Part shown: piece by piece, positions 1 through 18,181 of the stretch
Layout of the letters: the number at the start of each line of letters is the position of its first letter
Position numbering within the stretch: position 1 is the stretch's first letter
Assembly (NCBI RefSeq): GCF_009914755.1
Contig: NC_060930.1
DNA from: the human T2T-CHM13v2.0 reference genome, Homo sapiens
Direction: 5' to 3' (one strand)
DNA length: 64,000 nt
Made by a program: the position numbers and the translations under genes
Notes under the pieces: generated by a model
What the model was told of the DNA's origin: nothing
Database searches by the model: none
The model's input: the letters and a program-made list of their open reading frames with translations, nothing else

Positions 1-2740
<2,740 letters not shown>

Positions 2741-2744
2741 TATT

Positions 2745-3630
2745 TTTGATATACGGATTAATATATCTGTAGGACAGAGTTTCAGAAGTAGACTTACTAA
2801 GTCAAGGTTTAAGCACTTTTAACATACAGAGTTTCTACCAAATTGTTCCCAGAATGGCTGAAACAAGTTGCTAACACCAATAGCATAAGAGAACATTGTT
2901 TCCTAGTGGGTCTTTGGTCATTGGGTGTTATTAATTTTTTGCTTAATATCTTCAACAAATTGAGCAACAAGCCACCCATTACTTAATTATTTCTTCTGTT
3001 TTCATAAAAATTTTGGATCTTTTTATGTGTCCGTCCTATTTTTTGAATGTCAATTGCTTATCTTTTCTCCCATTTTCATTTATCTTCTTGTTCATTATTG
3101 CTCTAGTGCCACATTTTGAAAATTACTGGAAATTTATAATATGCTTTATATTTAATAGGACATGTTTCTTCTCATTTTTCTTTTTCAGGATTTTTTTTTT
3201 TTTTTTTTTTTTTAGCTCATCTTGCACATTTACCCTTCCAGATGGATTTTAAAATCAACTTGACAAATTCCATAGAAAATTCTCTTGGGGATTTTGTTGC
3301 AGTCTGCATTGAATATATAAATAAATTTTAGGAGCGTTTACGTGTTTACAATATTGAGTTTTCCAACCAGGAACATGGTTAACCTCTCTACTTACAGATT
3401 TTTATTTGTAGCTTTTTATAAAATATTATAGCATGTGTACTTTTGTTATTTGTCTTAATGCTAGTATTTTATACTTTTTGCCATTATTGTGAATGGAAAA
3501 TTTTCCATTATGTGTTGTAATTATTATTAAAGATACACAAGGAAACTGATTTTTGCTTACCTTGTTCTAGTCACTTTATGGTATACTTTGATTAATTTTA
3601 GCATATGTTCAGTGGATGTTCTTGGATTGA
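2745..3630 (-). mobile_element. Old L1M (L1ME-like) fragments
   Basis: T-rich antisense L1 ORF2/3' motifs (GCATTGAATATATAAATAAATTTTAGGAG, ACAATATTGAGTTTTCCAA); highly diverged. Confidence 0.6.
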
Positions 3631-4499
3631 GAAATTCTTTAATTACAAAATGTTAAAGTATATATTGTGGTAAATTTTCCAAAGTCTAAATTTATAAAAT
3701 ATAAAGAGAAAATGCTTCTCCATCACTTTGAACAGTTCTGCAACATGAATATTTTTTCACTTACAATGTGTTAGATATTTTCATGTTAGTGCGTGGGGAT
3801 GTACTCTATTCTTTTGAGAAACTGCGTATTCTTTGTATGGATAATCATGGTATATTTTTATCCAGGAAATGTTTAACATAGTTAAATAAATCAATAGCAA
3901 ATAACACTAAAAGGCTTATATTGAAGAAAATCAGTCTCCTTATAATAGCCCCCCACCCTTATCCCCCACATCCACCTTCCACAGAGGCCACTTTAAGCAA
4001 TTTTTTTTGTTGCATATATCTTCATATTTCTAAATGTTCTGATTATACTGCTCTTTCTTGGTATTTCATCATTTATTGATTTTCTAGGTGAAGATTTACT
4101 TTTTAAAAATCCCTCTCTTTTGCTCCTTAAGTTCCTTCCAAATAATACATTTCACAATTTATTTATTTATTTATTTTAAACCAAAAGCCACTATTTACAT
4201 TGTTGTAACTGTTTAACATAGTTTACTGTTAGACCAAACAGTATAGCATGACTTACTTTTGTCTTGCATCTTCTAGGTAAGTGATAGCTTTAATTCTTCT
4301 CTTTCTACAATTATGCTACTCTTACCTTTTTCTTGTGTTATTTTGTTGGCTAGAACTTCTAGAATAATGTTGAATAGTAATAATAATACTGATTTTTCTT
4401 ATCTTGTCCTTGGCTCCTTGGCTCTTACAGAAATACCTTGAATGCTGATTAATTGTTTAGAAATAAACATTTAAATGTCTCAGCTCAGATAAATTTTGA

Positions 4500-4813
<314 letters not shown>

Positions 4814-5812
4814 AAAAACCATTTTTTAAAATAAGATTTTTAGCCTTTTCTTTTGGAAAATGATACTTGTGCGGACACTTCCTCTATTTATTGATGGTAT
4901 CAGGTTTTTTTTTCCTGGCTTAATAAAAGCAAGATATAGTAACCTAACTATTGTTAAATGCTGATTTCATTTTTTTAATCAGATGTATCAAATCCATGAA
5001 AAATATAATTAAAAGAAAAAATTAAGAACCTTAAACATCAATTCTTCGGTGATGAGACTATGGTGAAGGTCACCTATATCTAGAGTGTTGTCAATAAGAG
5101 CAACATGAATGAAAGATGGAGGGAAAAGGAGGGTTTAATCTATGCAGGAATAGGGTTTTAAAAGAAAGTGGAGGTCAGTTTGTCAGAAAAAAAAGGATAA
5201 TGGGTTAGAGGTCTTCAGGTATTTGGGTAATTAATAAAAATGTAGTGTACAAGGCAATTTTAAGCTCTGTGATTATTAGGAAGGATTAACAGTAAGTATG
5301 ACTTGGTATTTATTCACAGTTGTTCAATGGTTATGCTAATGACACAATGTTGTGCTGTAAATGTAAATTGAAAACTGCTCTTTTACTCTTTTGTTTTTTT
5401 ACTTTTATATCTGTTTGGGGTAAGAGAGAAAAGGGGGACAGGGGCTGTCATTAATTGTAATTTCCTAAGTGCTACATGTCCCTGGAGTTCCTTGTACAGA
5501 GTTTGGTTGGAAAAACAAGACAATCAAAGCTTCTCCTAGGTAATGGAGATGGAGAACACTAGAGGGTGGAGGGGGCTGCTGGTCACAGAAGCATGTGCCT
5601 CTTGGCCACTGGTATGTGCAGCCCGTGCTTATGTGGGGCTCACCAGTTCTCTCCCAGGCTTTAAATTTTCCTGGTTCCACCCTCCCTTTCCCACCCAGTA
5701 ACACCAATCTCAAAGCCTCGATTCATAGCACAAACACTACACCCCTTGCACGCACCCAACTCAGTTTTTTTCTCACTAAAATCTGGCGGGCATTCTCTAA
5801 TCTGAGTCCTTC

Positions 5813-6496
5813 TCAATGCACTCCAACCAGGGTTTTGGGGTAGCACAGAGGCACTACAGCACTGTTTGTATAGGACTTCCTTTCAGTATTTGGTTCAGCT
5901 ACGGAGGATCCCTGGATAAAATCTCTTCCTGCCTGAAATTGGAGTGGATTGGAGTGGATTCTGCTTTTCTGTCCAAACCCTGACAGATGTGCTATCATTC
6001 TCTTGTTATTTTTCGTGTCCTGAGAGGTAGATAGCTTGTACTCTGTGAATGAGTTACCTGCACTATTAAAAAAGATGTAAATCCAAGAATCTACAAGTGA
6101 GGAGAGACAGCTGAACAAAGAAACTGCCCACTCTCCTTCTGCTGTTTCCCCTTTATTTTCAGTTCTCAAGCTAGATTTTTCTTCCACCACCACACCTGAT
6201 TCACAAACTAAGGTATTACCATTCTTTGAAGCCAAGAACAGCATATGAGAAAACACTAACCCTTGCCCATGGCAGACATCAATAATTGAGCACTGCAGTC
6301 TTGCATGCTGATCACCTATTTGGCTTACATTAGTCTCAGTATGGTGATCTGGCCAGCTACTATTAATCAATTGAAATTGGCATGTATAAAGAACCTCATG
6401 TATTGCCCCACAGCTTTGACAAAAAACCCTCAAAGACATAAAAACCAGAATGTTCATACAAAAACAGTTACTTTCAGAGAGTAACAGGAGAATCAT
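5813..6496 (-). other. 227-codon ORF of unknown status in apparently non-repetitive DNA
   Basis: ATG to TGA open frame from the ORF track; no recognisable homology; coding status unproven. Confidence 0.2.
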
Positions 6497-7599
6497 GCAT
6501 CAAACACCCATTTTCTCTTAGGTTTTATGGATAGCCTATCATTCTAATAGGGAGAATAAATGCTTTAATTATGACTGAAGCAGAGTTTCAGCCTATGTTC
6601 CTGGGCTTCCTTTAGAATTGTAACCACAAGTAAGCTCTGAAATGTGAAGAACCCATCCTGAACGTGTTCCCTCTGCTTTCCTGTTGAGGTTACCTTGCCA
6701 AGTGAATACCTCATATACATCCGTACTATAAAACATGACTGGCTCCCCAACAACGTAATTGAAACAGATGTTCTAGATACTGTTTTACTCTTCAGTGATG
6801 TCATCTCATTAGGGATGAATGTTTCTTTGTTCTTTTTTATGAATCATTTTAACTTATTCTACGCGGGTTTTGTATGTGTAGGAGTTTTTGCCAGTGGTTG
6901 TTAGCTTCTGATTTATTTTAATTGAAACGTATACATGGTATATGTCATTAAGGCCTCACTCTTAAATTTGCTGTATTTGATACAGTATTGTGGCCATTGA
7001 TTGGTCCAGTAATATAACTTAAATGTAGATTTTAGGATGTTTTTTGTATAAGGGGAAAATTATAACACCTTCATAGAATCCATTTAAAATGAACTGACAG
7101 TGATTTTCTGTTAATGCAGAGCTGCAGCAAATCACTGAAGTTCAAGGGTAATGAAACTGCTGGTCATTTACATTAATGCCACGCAAAAGAAATAAACTTC
7201 CTTTGCATTTTATTACCCACTTGTAAATATGTTGGAGAATACCAAGAATTTAGCTTAAGTTTCAATATATCAACACCAAGCACAGTTACCTTTTAACTGT
7301 TTATTTTACACTGCATGGTGAAAGCGTGGAGTAAGTTGCTTTTATGGTAATTGAAGTTTGTCATCTTTCACTCAGTTGCCTGCTTGTAATGTTACCCCTG
7401 AGAAAAGTCATCTGAAAATGGGAAATGGACCTGGACAGGAATAAGCAGAGCATGCTGTAGGTATTAAGTTCAATTCAAACATCATTTTTATTCAACCCCG
7501 GCAAGATGCTGGGGACCATTTTGGAAACTGGCAGTACAAACCTGTGAGAAGTCTCTCACCTCACAGAATTCACAGTCCAACTCTGGACACCGAGATACT

Positions 7600-8270
7600 A
7601 GCAATGAACACTGATCTTGCCATTCTTCAAATGCAAGCTCACTTCCTCAGCTCCTTCAGGTGTTTGCTGAAAGATCATCTATTCAGTGGGGCTTTCTTAG
7701 ACCACCTAATTTTAATATTGCAATTTCCTTCCCAACTCTCAGCACTCATTATTTTTCTATCCTGGTTTATAGCACTTATTGGTAGAGTATGCTGTTAGTA
7801 AATAGTGTACTATTTTTAAAGTCTATACCTCTTGTATATTATTGATTTCCTCCTATTGGAAGGTGAATTCAACGAGGGTAGGGATTTTCATCTGTTTTGC
7901 TCATTGATGGATCCCTACACCCTAGAACATGCCTGGCACATTGTAGGCAGTCAGTATATACATGAGTAGGGATGAATCATCCTAAGACAGCTGAGAAAGG
8001 ATTCAAAGAGAAAGTAACATTTAAACCAGACCTTGAAGAAGCGATAGAAATATCCAGGAGAGATGCAGCTTTCCAGTAGAGAGATTGCCACGAGCAAAGC
8101 ACATGTCTAAGGAGGAAAGAGTGGCCTGGGGGTGGGGGTGGGGGTAGGGGAGCTAGAAGATCAGGGTAGAGGGGGCTGGATGAAATACAGAATTGAGGGA
8201 GGGGGAGTGAGAGTAAGAAATGACAGAAGCTGGGGCCAGATGGTGAGGGGCCAGATAAAAATAAAATTAG
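7600..8270. mobile_element. L2 fragments in opposite orientations
   Basis: L2 3' end CCTAGAACATGCCTGGCACATTGTAGGCAGTCAGTA...GATGAAT on + (to ~7977), followed by purine-rich antisense L2-like sequence. Confidence 0.65.
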
Positions 8271-10084
8271 CATATAAATGGACTGGCTTTGCTCAATCAA
8301 AGGAGGATTTTCTTTCTTAAAGAAAGACAGTGGCTCTTTTCCTGATTTTTATGACTTGAGCTCATAAATCAAATCTTCAGAGCTACCGACAATGTCAGCC
8401 TGCTGATGTTTAGGAGTGGAGGGTGACTGAGGAATGCGGTGTGCTGCGGATAGTCATGTCATCAGCAAGGATGTCTCAGAGTCTGCAAACCCGGACCTCT
8501 CTGTATTGGACAAGGCTAGGGAATGACTTTGAGAAGAACTGAATATTAAAGGAATTATCAACTTGAGTAGTAAGAGAGTTTCTAAGAATGATGGCAGAGC
8601 CACTCTGAAGTTCCTGAATGAGGTGGAGGAGGGGGAGAAAGTGGTGTGGTAAGGAACTTCAGTGGAGAAACAGCCCAGAGAACTGGGAAAGCAATGACTT
8701 GGAAGCAGCAATGAGTTGGTGTTGGAAAAGGAGTGGCTGCCATTGGGAAGGTTTAGAGGGTAAACTTTGAGCTTGAGGAAAATTAAGTTACATTTAATGT
8801 GAGAAAATGGAGGAAAAATGTGATCTGTATCTAACAGAGAGAATGGGATTGAGTTGAGTATCTAACACAGATAATGGGATTAAAAAACCCCAAGAGGATG
8901 AAGCCTCAGAGTAGCATAAAGGGGCTGGGCAGCAGAAGAGCTCTGGGCCAAGCTCACCACTATGGAGGAAGCAGGAAGGGTGCCCAGGGATGGCGGGCGG
9001 GGGCTTGGGAGCAAGGCCATGGGACATCGGCACTGTAAAGGGATGGGGAGGTTAGAGGGTGTATGGTGGTTGCATCGTAGTTAGTAGGGAGCCTTGTGAA
9101 TTGTCACCTTAGAGGCCCAACCAAAAAGTGAGCAAGCCAGCCCCTTCCATGCTCAGGCACTTTTGAATAATTGAAACACTCCTGGCAATATCCCAAGTGT
9201 CATCTTATATTACCCTGAAAATAGCTGCTCCATTTAGGGTTGCATTTAACAGAGCTTATGTAGAAAAGATAAAGAATGGTGCAATTGGTTCTCATCCTAC
9301 CTCTTTGGTTAAGGGCATTTACTCCACTGAGGGGTGGAGGTGGGAGCAGGATAATGTGTAATTTATGGTAAATTATCATAGATATTTATAGATGCATTTT
9401 CCCATAAGATTGTCTTATTTTATACGCCTGACTTAAACTTCTGAAAGAAGGCAAAGGCAACTCTTATCTTCTCGTTTGCACATTAAAGCACACGTACTCA
9501 CTTATATTAACATAACATTGTTAGCATTTTCTGTCTTGTCACTATTAAAAATAAAACAGTAGGATTTACAAAGAATAACAAAATTTGTTATTGTAAACTA
9601 ACACAGTCTCTCATTGTTATGCTGTTATAGTGTCTTCATATTTTAAGGAATTTGCAATCATGTAAAATGTATTGAATTTGATAGACTTCCACTATAAAAC
9701 AGCTGAATGCTTCATAACAACCAACAAAGGGGTTGCATTTTTTCAGCTTGGCAGATTAACTGCTGGTTTTGTTTCCTGCCAGATCACTCGCTGTAACATA
9801 AGTAATAAATCAGGATAATTTTCTTCCTTTTTAGGGCTTTTCTTAAGTCTACCAAAACTCTCTTTTCTGGTAGGCAGAAAGATGGGGGACCTCATCTATA
9901 CCTGTTACCTCTCCTCATCAACAATCTTATTCAAAACCAAACACTTAGATGAAATGGGTGGAAGGATGTCCCAGCATAGAGAAATAAGCCATAAAAGAAC
10001 GCCTTGAGAAATGGGAGTTCATGGAAGAGGGAAGGGTTTTCTCACTGTGTTACTTTAGTGTGTTCTTGGCATAAGTGAGCTCTC

Positions 10085-13000
10085 TTTTTTTAAAACACCT
10101 TTAATGAGGTATACTTGTCATACAATAAACTGCACATATTCCAAGTGTACAATTGTGTTAAGTTTGACACAGGTGTATACCCATGAAACCATCACCACAA
10201 TCAAGATAATGAACATATCCATCGTCTCCAAAAGTGTATTGTTGTATGTCTCAATAGTTCATTGCTTTTTATGGCTGAGTGATGTTCAGTAATATAATTG
10301 TGTACTAATATATGGCTATATATACCACAATTTAATGGATAGATATACCACAATTTGTTTACCCATTCACCTGTTGATGGGTGTTTGGGTTGTTTCCAGT
10401 TTGTGATTATTACAAATAAATCTATGAATATTTATGTACACATTTTTATAAGATCACATTTTACCTTTTTCTAGGAGTGGAGTGGCTGGATCGAATAGTG
10501 GGTCTATGTATCACTTTTAAAGAAACTTCTGGACTATTTTCCAAAGCAGTTGTATCATTTTGTATTCAGACTGCAGAGTATGAGAGTTCAGTAGCTTTAC
10601 ATTATAGTCAATGCTTGGGATGGCCAGACTTTTTCATTTTAGAAACTCAAATAAGTTTGTAGTAGAATGTCATTATAGTTTTTATTTCCTTAATGATGAA
10701 TGATGTCAGGCATCTCTTCGTGTGCTTATGTGCATTTGTATATATTCTTTGGTGAGGTGTCAGTTCAAATATTTTGTCCATTTTTTAACTTGGGTTTGTT
10801 TTCATATTATTGAGTTTTGAGAATTCCACAATGAATTTATGTATTCTAGATTAAATTACTTTATCAAATAGGTTTTTTGCAATTATTTTTCCCAGTCTGT
10901 GGCTTATTTTTTCATTTGGAAAATAATTTTTTCTACGAGCAGAGTTTTTAAATGTTGATAAAGTCCAATGTCTCTTTCTTTTCTTTGATCATCATTTTGT
11001 TGTCATATCTAAGAAATCTTTGCCTAACCCAATATATACTGTCCTATATTTACTCCTGGAAGTTTTATTTTGAACTATTGTGTATAATGTAAGGGATGGA
11101 TAAAAACTTTTTTTTTTTTTCATGTGGGTATCCAATTGTTTCAGCACCATTTGTTGAAAAAATATATTTTCCCCCCTGAATTATATTTAAACCCTTTTCA
11201 AAAATCAATTGACCATATATTGTGGTTCTATTTCTAGACTCTACTTTGTTCCATTAATTTATTTGTCTATCTGATGTCAGTACCTTACTATTTTGATTAC
11301 TGCAGATTTATAATAAGTCTTGAAATCAGGTAATGTAACTCCAATATTGTTCTCCTTTAAAAGTTGCTTTGGATTTTCTAGGTCCTTTGCATTTTCATGT
11401 AAATTTGACTTAAGATTGCAGATAACTTATAATTTGGAAAGAATTAATGACAATGATGAGTCTTCTGACCCGTAACTGTCTCTCCATTTATTTCAGTCTT
11501 CCTAACCTTTCTCAGCTCTACCTTGTAGATATAAATGTGCAGGTCTTGCTTATTTTTTGTCAGAATCATCTCTTGGAATTACATATTTTGATGTTATAAT
11601 ATTATTATTTCAGTTTCCAAATGTTCATACTTGATAGCATATGGAAATACAAATTTGTATCTTGATCTTGTATCCTACAAACTTGCTAAACTCACATATT
11701 AGTTCTGGTAAACACATTATTATTCTGTAAGCTTTTACACACCCATGGACAGGTGGACTGCGAATAATAATGGTCTTAGGTCTTCCTTTCAGTCTGGATG
11801 CCCTTTATTTCTTTTGCTTATTACACTGGTTAGAACCTCCATTACTATGTTTAATAGATATGGTGAGCAGATGTGGTTGCTTTGTACTTAATCTTAGGTG
11901 GAACGCATTCACTCTTTCATCATTAAGTAAGATACTAGCTGTAGGTTTTTATAGATGCCCTTCATCAGGTTGAGAAGGTTTTCTTCTATTCCTAGTTTGC
12001 TTAGAGTTTTTATTAGGAACGGATACTGGATTCTGTCAAATATTTTTTCTGAATCTACATTGTTGGTCATATGGTTTTTCTTTCGTGGTCCTTTAACATG
12101 ATTAAAATTTGGATGTTAAAGCAACCTTGCATTCCTGGGTAAACCCCACATGGTCAGGCTGTATTTTCATTTTTATGTATTACTGGATTTGATTAGCTAA
12201 AGTTTCGTTACATAGTTTTGCATCTGTGTTCTTGAATGATATTGATCTTTAGTTTTCTTTTCCTGTAGTCATTTTTTATGGTGTTGGCATCAGGGTTAAG
12301 CTGCCTCATAGAATGAATTTGGAAATATTCCTGTCTCTAATTTTCTGGAACATCTGTATAAAATTGGCATTACTTCTTCCTTAAGTGTTTAGTACAGTTT
12401 ACCAGTGAAGCAATTTGGGCATGGAATTTTATTTATTTTTGTAGGAAAGCTTTTAACTATAAATTTATTTTTTAAATTAGTCTGTTTAACATTATCACAC
12501 AGGCAACTGATGCATTTTCCATTTTTAAAAAAATCAATTTTTGTCTCTGTTTTACTTTAGATAGTTCCTGTTGCTACGTCTTCAAGTTTACTCTTTTCTT
12601 CTGTAGTAACTAATCTGCTGTTAGTTGCATCCAGTATGTTTTTTTCATCTCAGGCACCAGTGTTTTTCATCATAAAGTGTTTTGTTTGGGCCTTTTTATA
12701 TCTTCTGTGTCTCTATTTAATCTGCACAGTTGTTCCCTGTTTTCTTGTTTATATCAAATATAGTTATAGTAACTCTTTTTAATGTCTTTGTCAGCTAATT
12801 CTATAATTGGCATCATTTCTGTGTTGATTCCGATTGATTATTTTTACTCCTTTTCATGGATTTTGTTTTCTTGCTTCTTTACATGCCTGGTAAATATTTT
12901 ATTGAATACCAGCCATTATGAATTTTACCTTGTTGCATGCTGGAATTTTTTCTACTTCTATAAATATTCTTGAGTTTTGTTCTGGCATGCAATTAAATTA

Positions 13001-13677
13001 CTGGAAACAGCTTGAAGATTTCGGTTCTTGTTTCTAAGATTTGTTAGCCCTAGTTAGGACCCAAACAGTGTTTATTCTAGGGCTAATTTTACCCCATCAC
13101 TTAGGCAGAACTCTTCTGAGCACTGAACCCAGTCACCCCATGAGCTATGAGGTGTTACACTCTGGCTGGTGGGAAAAGAGGCTGCTTCCAATCCTGTGTG
13201 AGGCAGGTATCAGCTCCTTTCCAGCTGCCCCTTTTGTGAGTTTCTTTCCCTGGTGCTGGGTAGTTGGGTTAGTAACATACATGTACTAATCAGTACTTAG
13301 CTGACAGTGCATGAAGACCCTCTGCAAATCCTGGAATCTCTCATTCTGTGCATGTCATCCCACTGTGGCACTCTCCTGCCACCTTACCTGCCCCTACCTC
13401 CCTGGACTCTTATCTCTGTCTCCTCCATTTACAGTGGCATCAGGCTCTGCCTGGGATCCCCCTCTTCCTCATGGCCTGGAAATTCTTCCTATACAGTAAG
13501 GTGGAGCAATGGTAGGGCTCATCTTGTATGTTTCCTATTTTGCATGGATCACCTTCCTTCATTGTCTAATGTCCAATGTTAAAAACTTGTTTCATAGATT
13601 TTGTCTGGTTTGTAGTCATTTCAAGTGGGAGGATAAATGCGGTACCTGTGATTGTATCTTGACCAGAATTGGAAGTC
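10085..13677 (-). mobile_element. L1MD/L1ME-type LINE relic: 3' end, partial ORF2, and ORF1/5' end
   Basis: Antisense 3' end (TACAATAAACTGCACATATT...CCCATGAAACCATCACCACAATCAAGATAATGAAC), ORF2-like antisense to ~12480, and 5'-end-like segment ending GGAAGTC. Confidence 0.8.
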
Positions 13678-14615
13678 TGTTTGTTTGATCAGGAGTAGAA
13701 GTCTATGAGAGTTTTGATTGGTCCACAGTTGGTCCAGAGAGCATCTTCTGGTCACTACTAATCTCTGATCACTCCAAGGTGCACCCGAGAGGATTTAGGG
13801 CCCTCACAAAAGTTGCCATACTTGCCTAAATTTAGCTGTATGTATGGTAAGGAGGGCTCTGCTTTCATTTCTAGATTTATACCTGAGGAAAGCCAAGCCG
13901 TGCAACTTTCTTTTTAATGAATGTACATGTATTTTAAAAATCAAAATTATAGGCTGGCTTAATATTTAGTTTTCAGCAATTTCAGAATTAATCAAATAGT
14001 AGGTTTTGAATTAGCTGCTGAGAATAGTAAATAATTATCCTTACTGGTCTTTACATTTTTAAATCTTATCTTTGTAGGATATATTTTCTCATCAGTTCTT
14101 GGAGTTGATATATAGTTGATGTCTTTGTTTCTTATATATTTTGAGACATTGAGTAACTTATTAAATCATACTTGTAGAAATACCTTACTTTACATACTTC
14201 TGTTCTAAAACTGTATGTAAAAATCCAGTGAAAAATAGATTTTTGGTTTTGTTCTTCAGTGAAATTCTATGGTAATCAAAGGTATTTATTTTCAGATGAC
14301 AAGTAACCGTGTCGTTTTCTCTGTGCTATATAGAACCATATTTTCTTTCATTGAATAAATAGACAGAAGGCAACTTCATCCATATCCCCAACTCTGCCTC
14401 ATGACAGGGAACTTCTGATCATTGGGGCAGAGATTAGGATGAACATTAACACTGCGTGCCATTTGAAATGCTTGCCTATGTAAATAAAACTTACAAACAG
14501 AATTGACTGTATGATGAATGTTTTAACTACTTCAGAAGTTTTTAAATACTTGAAAAGGGGCTTATTTACACATAGGTGAGAGAGTTGCAAAATAATCACA
14601 GACCCTGTATTTCCT

Positions 14616-15178
14616 AAGAGTGATTTTTAAACTTTTTGGTCTCAGGACCCTTTTCTCCCTTTAAAAATTATTGAGGACTCTAAAGAGATCTCTGTCTATT
14701 GGTATTTATTGTATTAGGAATTAAAATGCAGATGTATTTAAAATATGTATCTATTCATTTGAAAATAACAAATATATTACATGGGTATTTTTTTACCACT
14801 TTGTCAGTTATTCTTAAGTGAAACTGGCTTTTCCTCCTCTTCTTCCTCCCCTTTTTCTTCATCTTTTTCTCTTACAGTGAGAAAAAGATGGTTTCCTATT
14901 TTGCATGGATCACCTTCCTTGCAAGGTGCATGGAAGTGCATGGCAGTGAGTGAGTGCATGGCAGAGAAGCATATGATGACAAATAGTACAGTTTGGTAGC
15001 ACTGCTTGATTCATGCTAAGGAATCTGCAGTTTTCCAGCCATTGCTTTGATATAATTATTACAAATGACAACAGTAGAAAATGCACATGATGATTTTGAA
15101 ATAATTTTGACTTCATGGGTCATCAGAAAGCACTTCAGGTATCTTCAGGGTTTCTTGGACCATTTCAGAATTACTCCT
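14616..15178. mobile_element. hAT-Charlie DNA transposon (Charlie4a-like)
   Basis: AAACTTTTTGGTCTCAGGACCC...TTAAAAATTATTGAGGAC terminus typical of Charlie elements. Confidence 0.65.
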
Positions 15179-16024
15179 AGGCTAATGCTTTATGAAATAA
15201 TTACAAATATTTATATTACATATTTAAAACATTATTCTTTGCTTTAATTTTTCAAACAAATTTTATTAAAGCATAAGAGTCATTCAGAAATACCACACAA
15301 ATCATGAACATACATCTTGATCAGTTATCACAAGGTGACCACACCCATGTCACCACCATCCAGATCAAAAAATAAAACAAACCAGCATCCCAGAAGCCCC
15401 TGCTTGGTCCCCTTCCCACCATTACCTCTTTCCCAGAGCTAAGCGTTTCATTATGATTAGTTCTTCCTATGATTGAGCTTTATAAAAGTGGATTTCAATG
15501 GTCTGTATTTTGTGTTGGGCTTCCTCACTCCACATTGTGCTTGTAAGATTCCTCCATGTTATTGCTTGTTGTTGTAATCTATTCATCTTACTTCTCTATA
15601 TAAATAATTATATTAATGATGTGAATAGACTATGGTTTTTATATCCATTCTACTGTTGATAGTCATTTGTGTCTCTTAGATTATTTGGAGAAAGGCTACT
15701 ATGCACAGTGTTGTATATAATTTTTGGTATACACACCTACATATGCCTTTCTGTTGGGCTTATATTAGGGGTAGTTGGGCTGGGTCATAGAGTCCTAAGT
15801 TGTACATTTGTGCAGTGTTAGTGGATGCTGCTAAATACTTCCAAAGTATTTTAACTCAATTTACACTCCCACCAACAGTGCCTGAGAATTCAAGTTTCTT
15901 TGCATCCTGGCTAACATTTAGCATTGCCATCCTTTTTTCGATTTGAGCATCCTGGAATGCGTGCTGTGGTGTTTAACTTTTCATTTTCCAGATGACTAAT
16001 AAAATTGAACATCTTTTTCCTATA

Positions 16025-17370
<1,346 letters not shown>

Positions 17371-18181
17371 TATTTATTGACCGTACGGATGTACTCTTTT
17401 GTAAAGTATCTATTCATATATTTTGCCGTTTTTAAAACAGCAAGTTTTCGTTTTTTATAGATATATAAGGAATTTTTGTATATTATTGGAATTAGTATTT
17501 CTTTGGTCATATATTGCAGGCATCTTCTCTGACTCTGTGACGTGTTTCTTCAGCACTCTGTGGTATCTCTCAATATTATGTAGTCCAATTTATAAAATTC
17601 TTCATTTATAGCTAGTGGTTTTTACGCTGTGTTTCAGAAACCTTTGCCAGTTCCAAGGTCACAAAGACATTCACTTCTATTATCTTCTAAATGCCATATT
17701 GTCATGCCTTTTATATTTAGAATTATCATATGGAATTATTTTTTGTATTGATATAAGGTAGGGAACAAGATGCACTTTTCCCCATATGGATATCCAGTTG
17801 ACCTAGTCTCATGTATTTAAAAGATCATCCTATCACTACTGCTGTGCCATGTCATACCAGTACATGGTATAAGTCATGTGTCCATATAAGCATGAGTCTG
17901 TTTCTGGTTCCTTTATACTGTTTATTGGTATATTTTTCTATGCTTTCCAATACTGTGCTATTTTAATTCCTATAGCTTTTTAAGAAGTTTTGGTATCCAT
18001 TATAACAACTCTTTTTTTTTTCCTCACTCAACGTATTTATTTAAAGGAAAAAGCTTGAGAAGTCTAAGGCAGCATTTCCAAAAGTATATTCCATAATCAT
18101 GGCCATTAAACAAGAAGCTTTCTAAGCTAAATATTTGGCTTCTCAGAACAAAACAACCTTCTTCACTGTGGGTTTTTCAAT

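Noticed and set aside
5813-6496. Idea that the 227-aa ORF is an endogenous bornavirus glycoprotein or an L2/CR1 endonuclease remnant
   Set aside because: By eye no motif series matches; the PDHH word and Cys/sequon content alone are insufficient. Kept only as an unexplained ORF
10310-10355. Short tandem duplication (TATACCACAATTT twice)
   Set aside because: Ordinary slippage within an old L1 3' UTR
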